A stretch of 64,000 bases of DNA from Phycisphaerae bacterium (GCA_039794345.1 JBDIVQ010000005.1:2132-66131); one strand, 5' to 3'. Shown: positions 43,832-53,505, counted from the stretch's first letter. Translations and numbers: made by a program. Notes: a model not told the origin generated them from the letters alone.

Positions 43832-45289
43832 ATGAGTTCTGTTGACTCCACGCCGCCGCGGGTTCTCATCGTGGACGCCGACCCCATCGCCGGCGAGTCG
43901 TTGAGCGAGGTGCTGCGCGGGCGCGGCTATGAGACCGCGACGGCGCGCAGCGCCGACGAAGCGCTGGCGGCCCTGGCCGACGCGCAGCAGTCCCACCCCG
44001 ACCGACCGGCGCGGCCTTTCGGGCTGGTCCTGACGGACCTCAATCTCCCCGGCGCCGCAGGTGTCGAACTCCTGCGCCGCATCCGGCGCGACCAGCCTGA
44101 CGTCGTGGTCATTGTGCTCACCGCCTACGGAACGATCGAGACCGCGGTCAACGCGATCAAACTCGGCGCCTTCGACTACCTCACCCATCCGATCGTTGAA
44201 GAGGAGCTCATCGCGCTGCTCGATCGTGCGGTGCGGCACGGCGCGCTGGTGGCGCAGAATCACCATCTCCGACGCCAGCTCGATGATCGCTTCGGGCTGG
44301 ACAACATCATCGGCCGCGACCCGCGCATGCTTCGCGTTTACGATCTCGTTGAGGCGGTGGCCCCGACGAAGACAAGCGTCCTGATGACGGGCGAATCGGG
44401 AACGGGCAAGAGCCTCGTCGCCCGCGCGATTCACCAGCGCTCGCCCCTGCGCGACCAGCCGTTCATCGAGATTTCCTGCGGCTCGATCCCCGACACGCTG
44501 CTCGAATCGGAACTGTTCGGCCATGTGAAGGGGGCGTTCACCGGTGCGCACGCGGACAAGATCGGCCGTTTCCTCGCGGCGGACGGGGGCACGATCTTCC
44601 TCGACGAAATCAACTCGGCCTCGCCGGGAATGCAACTCAAACTCCTTCGCGTTCTCCAGGAGAAGCGCTTCGAGCCGGTCGGCTCGACGAAGACGGTGGA
44701 AGTCAACGTGCGCGTGGTGCTCGCGAGCAACGAGCCGCTCGAGCAACTCGTCGCCTCGGGCCAGTTCCGCCAGGATCTGTACTACCGCATCAATGTCGTG
44801 AAGATCGAGTTGCCGCCGCTGCGCGAGCGTCCGGCGGATGTGCCGATCCTCGCCGCGCACTTCCTCGAGCGGCAGAGCCGCGCCGCGGGCCGGGAGCGGC
44901 TCGGATTCACGCCCGAGGCGCTGGCGGCGCTGCAGCGCTACTCCTGGCCGGGCAACGTGCGTGAACTCGAAAACGTCGTGGAGCGCGCCGTGGTGCTTTC
45001 GCGCGGCGCGAGAATCGCGCTCCAGGACCTCCCCGCGACCGTCGTGGACAATCGTCCCGGTCAGATGGTGCTTCACCGCTCGCCGCGCGAGCGGGACGAT
45101 GCGATTCCCTGGGAGGGCGAGACGCTCGCCCAAGCCCTCGAAGCGCAGGAGCGCCGCGTCATCCTCGCCGCCCTCAACGCCAACAACTGGAACCGCAACC
45201 AGACGGCGGCCCAACTCGGCATCAACCGCACCACGCTCTACAAGAAAATCCGCTCGTTCCGGCTTGATCAGTATCCCCAGGCCGGCTGA
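43832..45289 (+). CDS. sigma-54-dependent response regulator (NtrC family)
   Basis: REC (VLIVDADP...LVLTDLNLPG). AAA+ Walker A GESGTGKS. GAFTGA sigma-54 contact loop. C-terminal HTH (NQTAAQLGINRTTLYKKI). Confidence 0.92.
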   Translation: MSSVDSTPPRVLIVDADPIAGESLSEVLRGRGYETATARSADEALAALADAQQSHPDRPARPFGLVLTDLNLPGAAGVELLRRIRRDQPDVVVIVLTAYGTIETAVNAIKLGAFDYLTHPIVEEELIALLDRAVRHGALVAQNHHLRRQLDDRFGLDNIIGRDPRMLRVYDLVEAVAPTKTSVLMTGESGTGKSLVARAIHQRSPLRDQPFIEISCGSIPDTLLESELFGHVKGAFTGAHADKIGRFLAADGGTIFLDEINSASPGMQLKLLRVLQEKRFEPVGSTKTVEVNVRVVLASNEPLEQLVASGQFRQDLYYRINVVKIELPPLRERPADVPILAAHFLERQSRAAGRERLGFTPEALAALQRYSWPGNVRELENVVERAVVLSRGARIALQDLPATVVDNRPGQMVLHRSPRERDDAIPWEGETLAQALEAQERRVILAALNANNWNRNQTAAQLGINRTTLYKKIRSFRLDQYPQAG

Positions 45290-45294
45290 CTTGG

Positions 45295-45690
45295 TCAGGG
45301 ACCTTCGGCCGCTTCCACCTCGCGCACCACGACGTGCGGGGCAATCAGGTCGATCGTGCGCTCGCCGATCCCCGGCACGCGCCGCAGATCGTCGAGCGAG
45401 AGGAACGGTCCGTTCGCTTCCCGATCGGCGACGATGCGGCTCGCGAGGGCGGGTCCGAGGCGCGGCAGCGCTTCAAGCGAGGCCGCGTCCGTGCGGTTGA
45501 GATCGAGGCGCATGTCCGGCCTGGTTCGCTGCGGCTCGTCTCCCGGAAGAAAGGCGACGTACACCGGCCGCGACGCGGCCAGCCACGCCAGCAGCGCGCT
45601 GAGGGCGATGAGCACGCCGCCGGCGACGGCCCACTCCGCGTCCGGCCGCCGGGGTCCGTCGCTATTCCGCTTGTCCTGCGCTCCGGTCAT
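45295..45690 (-). CDS. comEA: ComEA-like helix-hairpin-helix DNA-binding protein
   Basis: N-terminal TM, then LNRTDAASLEALPRLGPALASRIVADREANGPFLSLDDLRRVPGIGERT (tandem HhH). Confidence 0.8.
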   Translation of the reverse strand: MTGAQDKRNSDGPRRPDAEWAVAGGVLIALSALLAWLAASRPVYVAFLPGDEPQRTRPDMRLDLNRTDAASLEALPRLGPALASRIVADREANGPFLSLDDLRRVPGIGERTIDLIAPHVVVREVEAAEGP

Positions 45691-47299
45691 GGTTGATCAG
45701 CCACTCGCGCTCGTCGGGGTTGGTGCAGCGAAGCGTCCGGCGGCGCAGGTCGCGGTGCAGGTCGGCAACGGCGGTCAGCGCCGGCTTGGGTCGGCCCATT
45801 GAGGAGATCAGCCCGCCCCCGGGCAACTCCGATGAGGGGTGATCGAAAAGTTCGTGGCACACCGCGGACTCGACGAAGGGCTTGCTCAGTGCGATCGAAA
45901 GCGCCTTGCGGAGCCACTCCGCCTGCCGCACGGGCGTCCACGGTTCGCGGTAGTATCCCGCCGCGTCGGGCGCTTCCTTCGAGGGCGCCGCGTCGCCCGA
46001 ACTGGGCGCCTCCCCGGTCCCCCCCTGAGGTTTCGCGTCATCTCCCCCTTGCGCCTTCGCCTCGGCGCGCCCAGGCCGGTGGCTCGGCGCGCCGATCCCC
46101 GTCACGATCACCGGAAACTCGAGGTACAGCAGGGAGTCGAGGATCGAACTGATCTGCATGAAATCGCGCGTCGCCTGACCGCGGTTGTGATGCCCGACCT
46201 GGATGTTCATGCCGACCAGGTCGAGCTTGAAACCGGACTGCGCGATCATCTCGGCGTAGACGATGGGCGGCACGGAGCGCGGATGGCCTGAGAAGTACTC
46301 GCCGAACGGCTCGGTCACCTCCACGAGCGTGCGCCCCGCGGGGTGGAGCGACTTGACCAGCGCCGTGGCCATGCGCGTCAGGTCCATCAACTGGTCGTAC
46401 GCGAGCGTGAAACTCTCGTTGATGTGCAAGGACGAGGCGATGTTCCAGATCGAAACCGAGGAGCGGTAGCGCTTGACGATCGCCTCGATGTGCTCGTGCA
46501 GGAGGTCGTAGAGCGTGTCGTAATCGTGTTCCCAGATGTAGAGCCACTCGGGCACGCTGAGCGGCCGAAAGTCGACGATCGGGCCGAGCATCAGGGGGAC
46601 TTTCGCCTTGCCCGCCCATTCGATCCACCGGTCGAACTTCTTCCAGTCGTACTCGCCTTCTTCCGGCTCGACCTCGCGCCAGCGCATGGGAACGGAGATG
46701 AAGTCAAAGTCGCGGCTGACGATCTCGGCAAGCGGCTCTGCGAACTGGCTCTGATGGATGCGGCAGCCGAGCGTCGGCGGAGGGTCGCCGTTGCCGAATC
46801 GCTTGCCCAGAAGCGAGTCGGCGTGCATGAAGGTCAGTTTTTCCCCCGCCCCGATCGCCTCGAGCAGTGACCGGCGGGCGAACTCCTGCGCCCGGGCCGG
46901 CTCGGTGCGCTCCAGCCCCAGCGCCTGCGTGAACAGGTCGCGCGCGTTGGCCCACTGCCGCATGATCGGGTGATCTTCGGGCAACTCGAAGAGGGCCCAG
47001 TCCTCGAGTTTGACGAGGAAGAACTTGATGCGGTGCCGCGCCAGTTCGAGGTAGAGGAGGTAAGGCTCCTCGCGGTCGGGCAGCAGGCACGTCGGCAGCA
47101 TGAGCCGGCCGTGCTCGCCCGCGTCCATGAGGAGCACGAGCGAGGCGGATTCGGCGGAGCGCTTCTCGCAGATGATCATCCCCTCGCGGAAGGTGATGTC
47201 GCCCTGCACGCCGATGTCGTTGGCGCCGATGAGGTGCGCCTGCTGCAACGGAAAGGTCTCGGCGGGTTGGTCTCCGTCGTAGACGGCGTACACAAGCAT
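45662..47299 (-). CDS. hypothetical cytoplasmic protein with glycoside-hydrolase-like (GH10/clan-A-like) TIM-barrel region; function uncertain
   Basis: Part of ORF 45662..47434, starting at MLVYAVYDG. The block FISVPMRWREVEPEEGEYDWKKFDRWIEWAGKAKVP resembles the first strands of GH10-type barrels. I could not find canonical catalytic Glu contexts (WDVVNE, ITELD). No signal peptide. The last 29 nt overlap comEA. Confidence 0.55.
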   Translation of the reverse strand: MLVYAVYDGDQPAETFPLQQAHLIGANDIGVQGDITFREGMIICEKRSAESASLVLLMDAGEHGRLMLPTCLLPDREEPYLLYLELARHRIKFFLVKLEDWALFELPEDHPIMRQWANARDLFTQALGLERTEPARAQEFARRSLLEAIGAGEKLTFMHADSLLGKRFGNGDPPPTLGCRIHQSQFAEPLAEIVSRDFDFISVPMRWREVEPEEGEYDWKKFDRWIEWAGKAKVPLMLGPIVDFRPLSVPEWLYIWEHDYDTLYDLLHEHIEAIVKRYRSSVSIWNIASSLHINESFTLAYDQLMDLTRMATALVKSLHPAGRTLVEVTEPFGEYFSGHPRSVPPIVYAEMIAQSGFKLDLVGMNIQVGHHNRGQATRDFMQISSILDSLLYLEFPVIVTGIGAPSHRPGRAEAKAQGGDDAKPQGGTGEAPSSGDAAPSKEAPDAAGYYREPWTPVRQAEWLRKALSIALSKPFVESAVCHELFDHPSSELPGGGLISSMGRPKPALTAVADLHRDLRRRTLRCTNPDEREWLINHDRSAGQAE

Positions 47300-47488
47300 C
47301 CGGGGAGCGCTCCGGCCGTGGGAGGGTCGCGTCAGGCCGACCCGGGCCCGCGCGGGCCCCGACAATCGGCGGGGAGAGGCGATTGTAGCCGGGGAGCGGC
47401 GGCGCCTCGCGCGAGTGAAGCGCCACGACCGCACCGGCGGGCCGCGGACCGCCCGGCGCGGTGATCGGCGGCGGTCCTACCATCTCCT

Positions 47489-48442
47489 ATGCCTGACCGC
47501 GATCGAAGACTGAGCCCGCCCGCCACCGTGGCGGATCGAATCCTCTGGGTTTATGTCATTCCGATCGTGCTGATTCACCTGCTCGCCCTCGCCGCCCTCG
47601 TGCCGTGGCTCTTCAGTTGGACGGGCGTCGTCGTGATGATTCTCGGCGTGCATGTCTTCGGTCAGGGGATCAACATCGGCTACCACCGCCTGCTGACGCA
47701 CCGCAGTTTCGACGCGCCGCGCTGGGTTGAGCGCGGCCTGGTGCTGCTGGCGCTGTGCTGCGTGCAGGATACCCCGGCCCGCTGGGTCGCCAACCACCGC
47801 CACCACCACAAGCACTCCGATACGCGGCCCGATCCCCACAGCCCGCTCGTCAACTTTTTCTGGTCGCACGTCGGCTGGCTCACCCTGCACAACACGGGCA
47901 TTCACACCCTCTCCTCCTACCAGGCGTCGGTGCCCGACATCATCCGCGACCCGTTCTTCCGGCGGCTGGAGAAGCGCCCGCTTCTTGTTTTCTGGGTTTA
48001 TGCGGCGCACGCGCTGCTCTACGTCATCATCGGGGCCGCGGCGGGCGCCGCGCTCGCCGGGCCGGGCGTCGATCGCGGCATGGCCGCGCTGCAGTTCGGC
48101 CTGAGCCTGCTTGTGTGGGGCGTCTTCGTGCGCACCGTCGTCGTCTGGCACATCACCTGGTCGGTGAACTCGCTCTCGCACATGTTCGGCTACCGCAACT
48201 ACGAGACGGGCGAAGAGAGCCGCAACAACTGGCTCGTCGCGCTGCTGACCGTCGGGGAAGGCTGGCACAACAACCATCACCACGATCCGGCCAGCGCCTC
48301 CAACCAGCACCGGTGGTGGGAACTGGACATCTCCTATTACGAGATCAAACTGCTCGAGTGCTTCGGTCTGGCCAAGCGCGTTCTGCCTCCGCGCCACGTG
48401 CGGCAGCGCACCGCCTCCGCCGAGGTGTCCCAGGCGGCTTGA
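47489..48442 (+). CDS. acyl-CoA/acyl-lipid delta-9-type fatty acid desaturase
   Basis: Three His boxes (HRLLTHRSF, HRHHHKHSD, WHNNHHH) and N-terminal TM helices. Confidence 0.9.
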   Translation: MPDRDRRLSPPATVADRILWVYVIPIVLIHLLALAALVPWLFSWTGVVVMILGVHVFGQGINIGYHRLLTHRSFDAPRWVERGLVLLALCCVQDTPARWVANHRHHHKHSDTRPDPHSPLVNFFWSHVGWLTLHNTGIHTLSSYQASVPDIIRDPFFRRLEKRPLLVFWVYAAHALLYVIIGAAAGAALAGPGVDRGMAALQFGLSLLVWGVFVRTVVVWHITWSVNSLSHMFGYRNYETGEESRNNWLVALLTVGEGWHNNHHHDPASASNQHRWWELDISYYEIKLLECFGLAKRVLPPRHVRQRTASAEVSQAA

Positions 48443-48495
48443 GCGGCGGCGCGGCGTGAGCCTGCACATCGCTCCGCCGCGGCCTACATTTACGC

Positions 48496-49431
48496 ATGAC
48501 TGACGCCCTCTACCGAACCGATCTCCCTCTGCCCGGGCGCCGCCAGGGCAAGGTCCGCGACCTCTACGAACTCCCCGCCGATTCGGCCGGCCGGTCGCGC
48601 CTGCTCATCATCGCCACCGACCGCCTCAGCGCCTACGACGTCGTGATGCCCACGCCCTTTCCCGGCAAGGGAGCGCTCCTCACGGCGATCAGCATGCAGT
48701 GGTTCCGGTGGATCGAGAAGCAGGCCGCGCTGGGGATCAGGCATCATGTCCTGAGCACGAGCCCGTCCGATGTGCCTGTCCCGCCCCAGCAGCAGGCGAC
48801 GCTCAAGGGCCGCATCATGATCGGCCGGCGCACGAAGGTCGTCCCGATCGAGTGCGTCGCCCGCGGCTACATCACCGGTTCGGGATGGAAAGAGTACCAG
48901 AAGACCGGCATGGTCTGCGGCATCCCCCTGCCCAGGGGCCTGCGCCAATGCGACAAGCTGCCCGCGCCGATCTTCACTCCGGCCACCAAGGCCGAAGTCG
49001 GCCACGATGAGAACATCACTTTCGAGCAGGCGTGCGGGATCGTCGGCGAGCGGCTCATGTCGCGGCTCAAGAAGTGGACGCTCGAACTCTACGCCGCAGC
49101 CCACGATTACGCGCATCAGCGCGGCATCATCATCGCCGACACCAAGTTCGAGTTCGGCCACGTGCTCGACAGCGCCGGCAAGCCGACGGATGAAATCCTG
49201 CTCATCGATGAAGCCCTCACGCCGGACAGTTCCCGCTTCTGGCCCCTCGACAGATACGAGCCTGGCCGCGACCAGGAGAGTTTCGACAAGCAGTACGTGC
49301 GCAATCACCTCGAAACGCTCGTGAGCGCCGGCACGTGGGACAAGACCCCGCCCGGCCCGGAGATTCCCGCCGACATCGTGAGGAACACGATCGCGAAGTA
49401 CCAGGAAGCGCACGACCGGTTGTTCGGTTGA
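48496..49431 (+). CDS. purC: phosphoribosylaminoimidazole-succinocarboxamide (SAICAR) synthase
   Basis: GKVRDLYE, IIATDRLSAYD and IIIADTKFEFG motifs (long-form PurC). Confidence 0.92.
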   Translation: MTDALYRTDLPLPGRRQGKVRDLYELPADSAGRSRLLIIATDRLSAYDVVMPTPFPGKGALLTAISMQWFRWIEKQAALGIRHHVLSTSPSDVPVPPQQQATLKGRIMIGRRTKVVPIECVARGYITGSGWKEYQKTGMVCGIPLPRGLRQCDKLPAPIFTPATKAEVGHDENITFEQACGIVGERLMSRLKKWTLELYAAAHDYAHQRGIIIADTKFEFGHVLDSAGKPTDEILLIDEALTPDSSRFWPLDRYEPGRDQESFDKQYVRNHLETLVSAGTWDKTPPGPEIPADIVRNTIAKYQEAHDRLFG

Positions 49432-49433
49432 AT

Positions 49434-49604
49434 GTTGCCGCGAAATACGTTGCCGCGAAGAAGATTGCCGCAAAGAGGCACAGAAGGCGCAAAAGGGGAA
49501 GAGCGGGAGTGGGGGAGATGGCTGCCGTCCGGAGGACTCCTGGAGTTCGACTTGTTGAGCCTCATCGGCGATTTGCTTTTGCGCAATTTGAGCCTTTTTG
49601 CGGC
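49434..49604. repeat. low-GC tandem + inverted-repeat element in the purC-xseA spacer
   Basis: Three 15-nt-period tandem units (gttgccgcgaa 49434, gttgccgcgaa 49449, attgccgcaaa 49464). Imperfect inverted arms: gccgcaaagaggcacagaaggcgcaaaag (49467..49495) / cttttgcgcaatttgagcctttttgcggc (49576..49604). Confidence 0.7.
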
Positions 49605-49612
49605 CATTCAGA

Positions 49613-51118
49613 ATGACCCGACTTCCCTTCGATCCTGATCGCGTGCGCGGCGGCGAAGCGCCGGCGCCCAGGGCGGTCAAGGATGCGCCGCTCACCGTCT
49701 CGCAGGTCGCGGAGATGATCAACCAGGCGCTGCTCGACGCTTTGCCGCGCAAGGTGCGCGTCGTCGGCGAGATCAGCAACCTCTCGCGCCGCGGGCACTG
49801 GTACTTCTCCCTCAAGGACGAGGGCGCGGTGCTCAAGTGCGTCGCGTGGGCGAGCAAAGCGGGCAAGTTCGGCTTTGAAGCCCGCGACGGCCTCTCCGTC
49901 GTCGCCGCGGGATCGATCCAGCACTACGGCCCGCAGGGGCAGACGCAGTTGTACGTCGATTCCCTCGCCCCCGTCGGTGCGGGTGCGCTGGAACTGCGCT
50001 TCCGCGCCTTGTGCGAAGAACTGCGGGCGCTGGGGTACTTCGACGTCGAGCGCAAGAAGCCGGTGCCGCACTTCCCGCGCCGCGTGGCGATCATCACCTC
50101 GGCCAGGGGCGCGGCGCTTCAGGATGTCCTCGACACCATGGCGCGGCGGTGCAAAGCCGTCGAGATCCTCATCGTCGATGTGCGCGTGCAGGGCGAGGCC
50201 GCGGCGGGGGAGATTGCCGCCGCATTGCGACATCTCGCCCGGCATCACGCGCGCCTGCGCCTTGACGCCGTGCTCCTGACGCGCGGCGGCGGATCGATCG
50301 AGGACCTCTGGGCCTTCAACGAGCGCGTCGTCGCCGATGCCCTTTTCAAGTTTCCGATCCCGACGGTTGCGGCGATCGGGCACGAGACGGACACCACCAT
50401 CGCCGAACTCGTCGCCGACCTGCGCTGCGCCACGCCGACGCAGGCGGCGATGCGCCTCGCGCCCGACGGCCGCGAACTGCTCGTGCAGATCGACCAGGGC
50501 GGCCGGCGGCTGGCGACGCACCTGCGCCACCGCCTCCGCTACGCCCGGCAGCAGTGCGCTACGCTGGCGGGCCGGTTGCCGCGCCCGCGCGAGATCCTCG
50601 CTGCCGCGCGGCAGGATGTCGCGGGCTTGCGGCGGGGCCTTGAGCAGGCCGCGACGGTTTCCCTGCACCGGCACACGAACCGCCTGCACCGCCTCGCCCT
50701 GCGACTCGGCCCCCTGCGCCCCGACCGGATCCTCTTCGAGCGAGGACGAAGTCTGAGCGTGGCGGAGATCCGACTCCACGCCGCCGCCCGCGAGCACCTT
50801 GCAGGCGCAACGGCGCAAGTCGATCGCGCTCATGCCACGCTGCGAAGCCTCGATCCGCGCCGGGTGCTCCATCGCGGCTACTCGATCACGCGCCGCGCCG
50901 ACGGGCGGGTGGTTCGCTCTGTGTCCGAGGCTCTTCCCGGCGCGCGCCTGCTCACCAGCGTCTCCGACGGATCGATCGCCAGCGAAGTGACGGGGTCCGA
51001 CCTCGCTCCGGCCGCCTCCAGTTCCCGCGCTCCAGGTCTGCGGCCGCTTCGTTCCGGGCCGCGCCGCCGCCGCGATCCCCAGCCGAACCAGATGGAACTC
51101 TTCGAGTCCGACCGGTAG
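49613..51118 (+). CDS. xseA: exodeoxyribonuclease VII large subunit
   Basis: The OB-fold N-terminus (VRVVGEISNLSRRGHWYFSLKDEGAVLKCV) and the catalytic region (RVAIITSARGAALQDV, GRGGGSIEDLWAFN, AIGHETDTTI). The track start at 49598 is a TTG inside the upstream repeat, so the ATG at 49613 is preferred. Confidence 0.9.
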   Translation: MTRLPFDPDRVRGGEAPAPRAVKDAPLTVSQVAEMINQALLDALPRKVRVVGEISNLSRRGHWYFSLKDEGAVLKCVAWASKAGKFGFEARDGLSVVAAGSIQHYGPQGQTQLYVDSLAPVGAGALELRFRALCEELRALGYFDVERKKPVPHFPRRVAIITSARGAALQDVLDTMARRCKAVEILIVDVRVQGEAAAGEIAAALRHLARHHARLRLDAVLLTRGGGSIEDLWAFNERVVADALFKFPIPTVAAIGHETDTTIAELVADLRCATPTQAAMRLAPDGRELLVQIDQGGRRLATHLRHRLRYARQQCATLAGRLPRPREILAAARQDVAGLRRGLEQAATVSLHRHTNRLHRLALRLGPLRPDRILFERGRSLSVAEIRLHAAAREHLAGATAQVDRAHATLRSLDPRRVLHRGYSITRRADGRVVRSVSEALPGARLLTSVSDGSIASEVTGSDLAPAASSSRAPGLRPLRSGPRRRRDPQPNQMELFESDR

Positions 51119-51128
51119 AGTCCGAGCC

Positions 51129-51446
51129 ATGTCGAAGCGCAAGTCCACCCCGAACCAGCCGCCCGCGCCCGAGTCGCTCACGTATGAGCAGGCGGTTGCG
51201 GAACTGGAGTCGATCATCGACCGCATGGAGTCGGGCGAGACGGCGCTGGAGGAGGCGCTCGCGGACTACGAGCGCGGCGTGGGTCTGCTCCGCCGCTGCC
51301 GTGAGATCATCACGGCCGCCGAACAGAAGATCGAGTACCTCAAGGCGACAGCCGGCCCCGGGGAATCGCCGGCGCCGGCAGGGGACGCCGGTGAGGTCGG
51401 CGAGGTTCAGGACAGCGACGAAGAAGAGGACGATGCGACTCGATGA
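51129..51446 (+). CDS. xseB: exodeoxyribonuclease VII small subunit
   Basis: LTYEQAVAELESIIDRMESGETALEEALADYERGVGLLRRC, the typical XseB helical hairpin, plus an acidic tail. Confidence 0.88.
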   Translation: MSKRKSTPNQPPAPESLTYEQAVAELESIIDRMESGETALEEALADYERGVGLLRRCREIITAAEQKIEYLKATAGPGESPAPAGDAGEVGEVQDSDEEEDDATR

Positions 51447-52702
51447 GCGGCATCGATCTCTATCTCCGTCCCTTCTGGATCTACCAACTCATCTACATCC
51501 CGTTTGTCTTCGCGCTCGGGTCGATCGTCGGCAGTTTTCTCAATGTGGTGATCCTGCGGCTGCCGGAGCGGCGCAACATCATCTCGCCTCCCTCGCACTG
51601 TCCCGTGTGCAAGTCGCGGCTGAAGTGGTACGAGAACCTGCCGCTCATCGGCTGGATCAGGCTGCGCGGGCGCTGTGGTCACTGCGGCGCGCCGATCAGC
51701 GTTCAGTACCCGCTCATCGAAGCGGCGTGCGGGGTGTTCTTCACGCTCGTATTCGTGCTGGCGTACATGGTGCTGCCGACGGCGCCGTACATCGGTGGCC
51801 TGCTGCCGGAATACCTCGGTCGCGGGGCGGGCGTGGTCGCCACGTGGCCGATTCCCGCCCTCTACTGCCTGCTCTTTTCCGCCCTGCTGGCGATGACGGT
51901 GATCGACCTGCGCACCTACACGATCCCGATAGAACTGACCGTGGCGGTGACGCTGCCCGCGCTGCTGGTGCATGCGGTCATGCCGATCTGGCCGGGAGGG
52001 GGGCTGGGGCCGCCGCTGACGGAACTTCCCGCAGGCGTCGAGGGAATCGACCTGGGCCGGTGGACGCTTCCGCTCGTCGGTCCGGCAGGGCTGGGGATGG
52101 GAGTGGGAGGGATGCTCGGCGTGGCCGTCTCGACCCTGCTCATTCGGTCGAACCTCCTGCGCCACTCCTTCCTCGACTTCGACCTCTATGTGAAACAGGA
52201 GGACGAGATCATCGACTACCCCCACCCCCGGAGTGAATTGGAGTGGGAACTGGACTACCTCGGCCCCATTCTCCTGGTCGCGCTTCTCGGCTGGAGGATC
52301 GGCTCGATGTGGGGGGGGATCGACCTGCCGCTCTGGGCGGCTTCGCTGGGCGGCTCGCTTGTCGGCTACCTCGTCGGGGCGGGGCTCATCTGGCTCTTCC
52401 GTCTCGCCGGAACGCTCGCCTTCGGCAAGGAGGCGATGGGTCTGGGCGATGCGCATCTCCTTGCCTGCGTCGGCGCGGCGCTGGGGTGGGTGGATGCGGT
52501 GCTGGTCTTCTTCCTCGCCCCCTTCCTCGCCATCGCCGGGATGCTGCTGGGGACGGTGCTCAGCCGCGTGCTTGCCGGCTTCTCCCGCTACATCCCCTAC
52601 GGGCCGTGGCTGGCGCTGGCGGGGATGGTCATTGTGTTCGGGGACCGGTGGACGGAGATTCTGCTCGAAGCGATCCTCAAGATTCCCATCAATCTCCCCT
52701 GA
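51443..52702 (+). CDS. prepilin peptidase (A24 family), unusually long
   Basis: N-terminal Cys4 region (CPVCKSRL...CGHCGAPI). Catalytic Asp contexts MTVIDLRTYTIP and GLGDAHLLACVGAALGW. At 419 aa it is much longer than the ~250-290 aa I recall as typical, with an insertion between the two Asp boxes. The start overlaps the xseB stop. Confidence 0.85.
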   Translation: MSGIDLYLRPFWIYQLIYIPFVFALGSIVGSFLNVVILRLPERRNIISPPSHCPVCKSRLKWYENLPLIGWIRLRGRCGHCGAPISVQYPLIEAACGVFFTLVFVLAYMVLPTAPYIGGLLPEYLGRGAGVVATWPIPALYCLLFSALLAMTVIDLRTYTIPIELTVAVTLPALLVHAVMPIWPGGGLGPPLTELPAGVEGIDLGRWTLPLVGPAGLGMGVGGMLGVAVSTLLIRSNLLRHSFLDFDLYVKQEDEIIDYPHPRSELEWELDYLGPILLVALLGWRIGSMWGGIDLPLWAASLGGSLVGYLVGAGLIWLFRLAGTLAFGKEAMGLGDAHLLACVGAALGWVDAVLVFFLAPFLAIAGMLLGTVLSRVLAGFSRYIPYGPWLALAGMVIVFGDRWTEILLEAILKIPINLP

Positions 52703-52854
52703 TTCGCGCGTGGCGGCAGCGAGCGCACTGGACTGCCGCTCCGGCTACGCTATGAATCCGCAGCGAGTATTGGCCGCAGACGTTGATGGTCGATACAGAC
52801 ATCGCGAATCGAGGGTCGCGCGATCAGGTACATGATGACGAAAGGAACGGGTCC

Positions 52855-53505
52855 ATGCGCAACGTTTCAAGGGTGATGGGACTCATGGCGCTGCTGATGC
52901 TCGCCCTGGGTGCGACGGGGTGCAACAACAAGATCAAGGATGAAAACGGCCGCCTCCTCAGCGAGAACGCGGCCTTGCGCGACCAGCTCGCCGAGATGGA
53001 GGATGCGCTCCAGTCCGCCGAACGCCAGCGTGCGGAACTGGCGGCGGAAGCGAGCCGCTACCGCCAGGAGAACCAGGCGCTCCAGTCCCGCGCCAGCCAG
53101 CCCCAGCAGAACACGGGCTTTGAGGGCATCAGCGGCGTGAAGGGCGAGTTCCGGCCCGGCGAAGTCGCGGCGGTCGTCGAGGGCGACGTCCTCTTTGACT
53201 CCGGCAAGGTGACGCTCAAGCCCGCCGCCAAGGCTTCGCTCGACAAACTTGCGGGGGTGCTCAACTCGCAGTACGGCGGCAAGACCATTCGCATCGAAGG
53301 GCACACCGACACCGACCCCATCAAGAAGAGCGAGTGGAAGACCAACGACCGCCTCGCCTGCGAACGGGCCATGGCCGTCAAGGAGTACCTGGCGAGCAAG
53401 GGGGTTGACGGGTCGCGCATGTATGTGGCGGGGTGGGGGCCCAACAAGCCCAAGAGCACCAAGGCCCAGTCACGGCGCGTGGAGATCGTCGTGATGCTTC
53501 AGTGA
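52855..53505 (+). CDS. OmpA/MotB-domain lipoprotein with coiled-coil linker
   Basis: Part of ORF 52783..53505, starting at MRNVSRVMGLMALLMLALGATGC (lipobox). Coiled-coil region (LSENAALRDQLAEMEDALQSAERQRAEL). OmpA-like domain (IRIEGHTDTDP...NDRLACERAMAVKEYL...SRRVEIVV). Confidence 0.85.
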   Translation: MRNVSRVMGLMALLMLALGATGCNNKIKDENGRLLSENAALRDQLAEMEDALQSAERQRAELAAEASRYRQENQALQSRASQPQQNTGFEGISGVKGEFRPGEVAAVVEGDVLFDSGKVTLKPAAKASLDKLAGVLNSQYGGKTIRIEGHTDTDPIKKSEWKTNDRLACERAMAVKEYLASKGVDGSRMYVAGWGPNKPKSTKAQSRRVEIVVMLQ

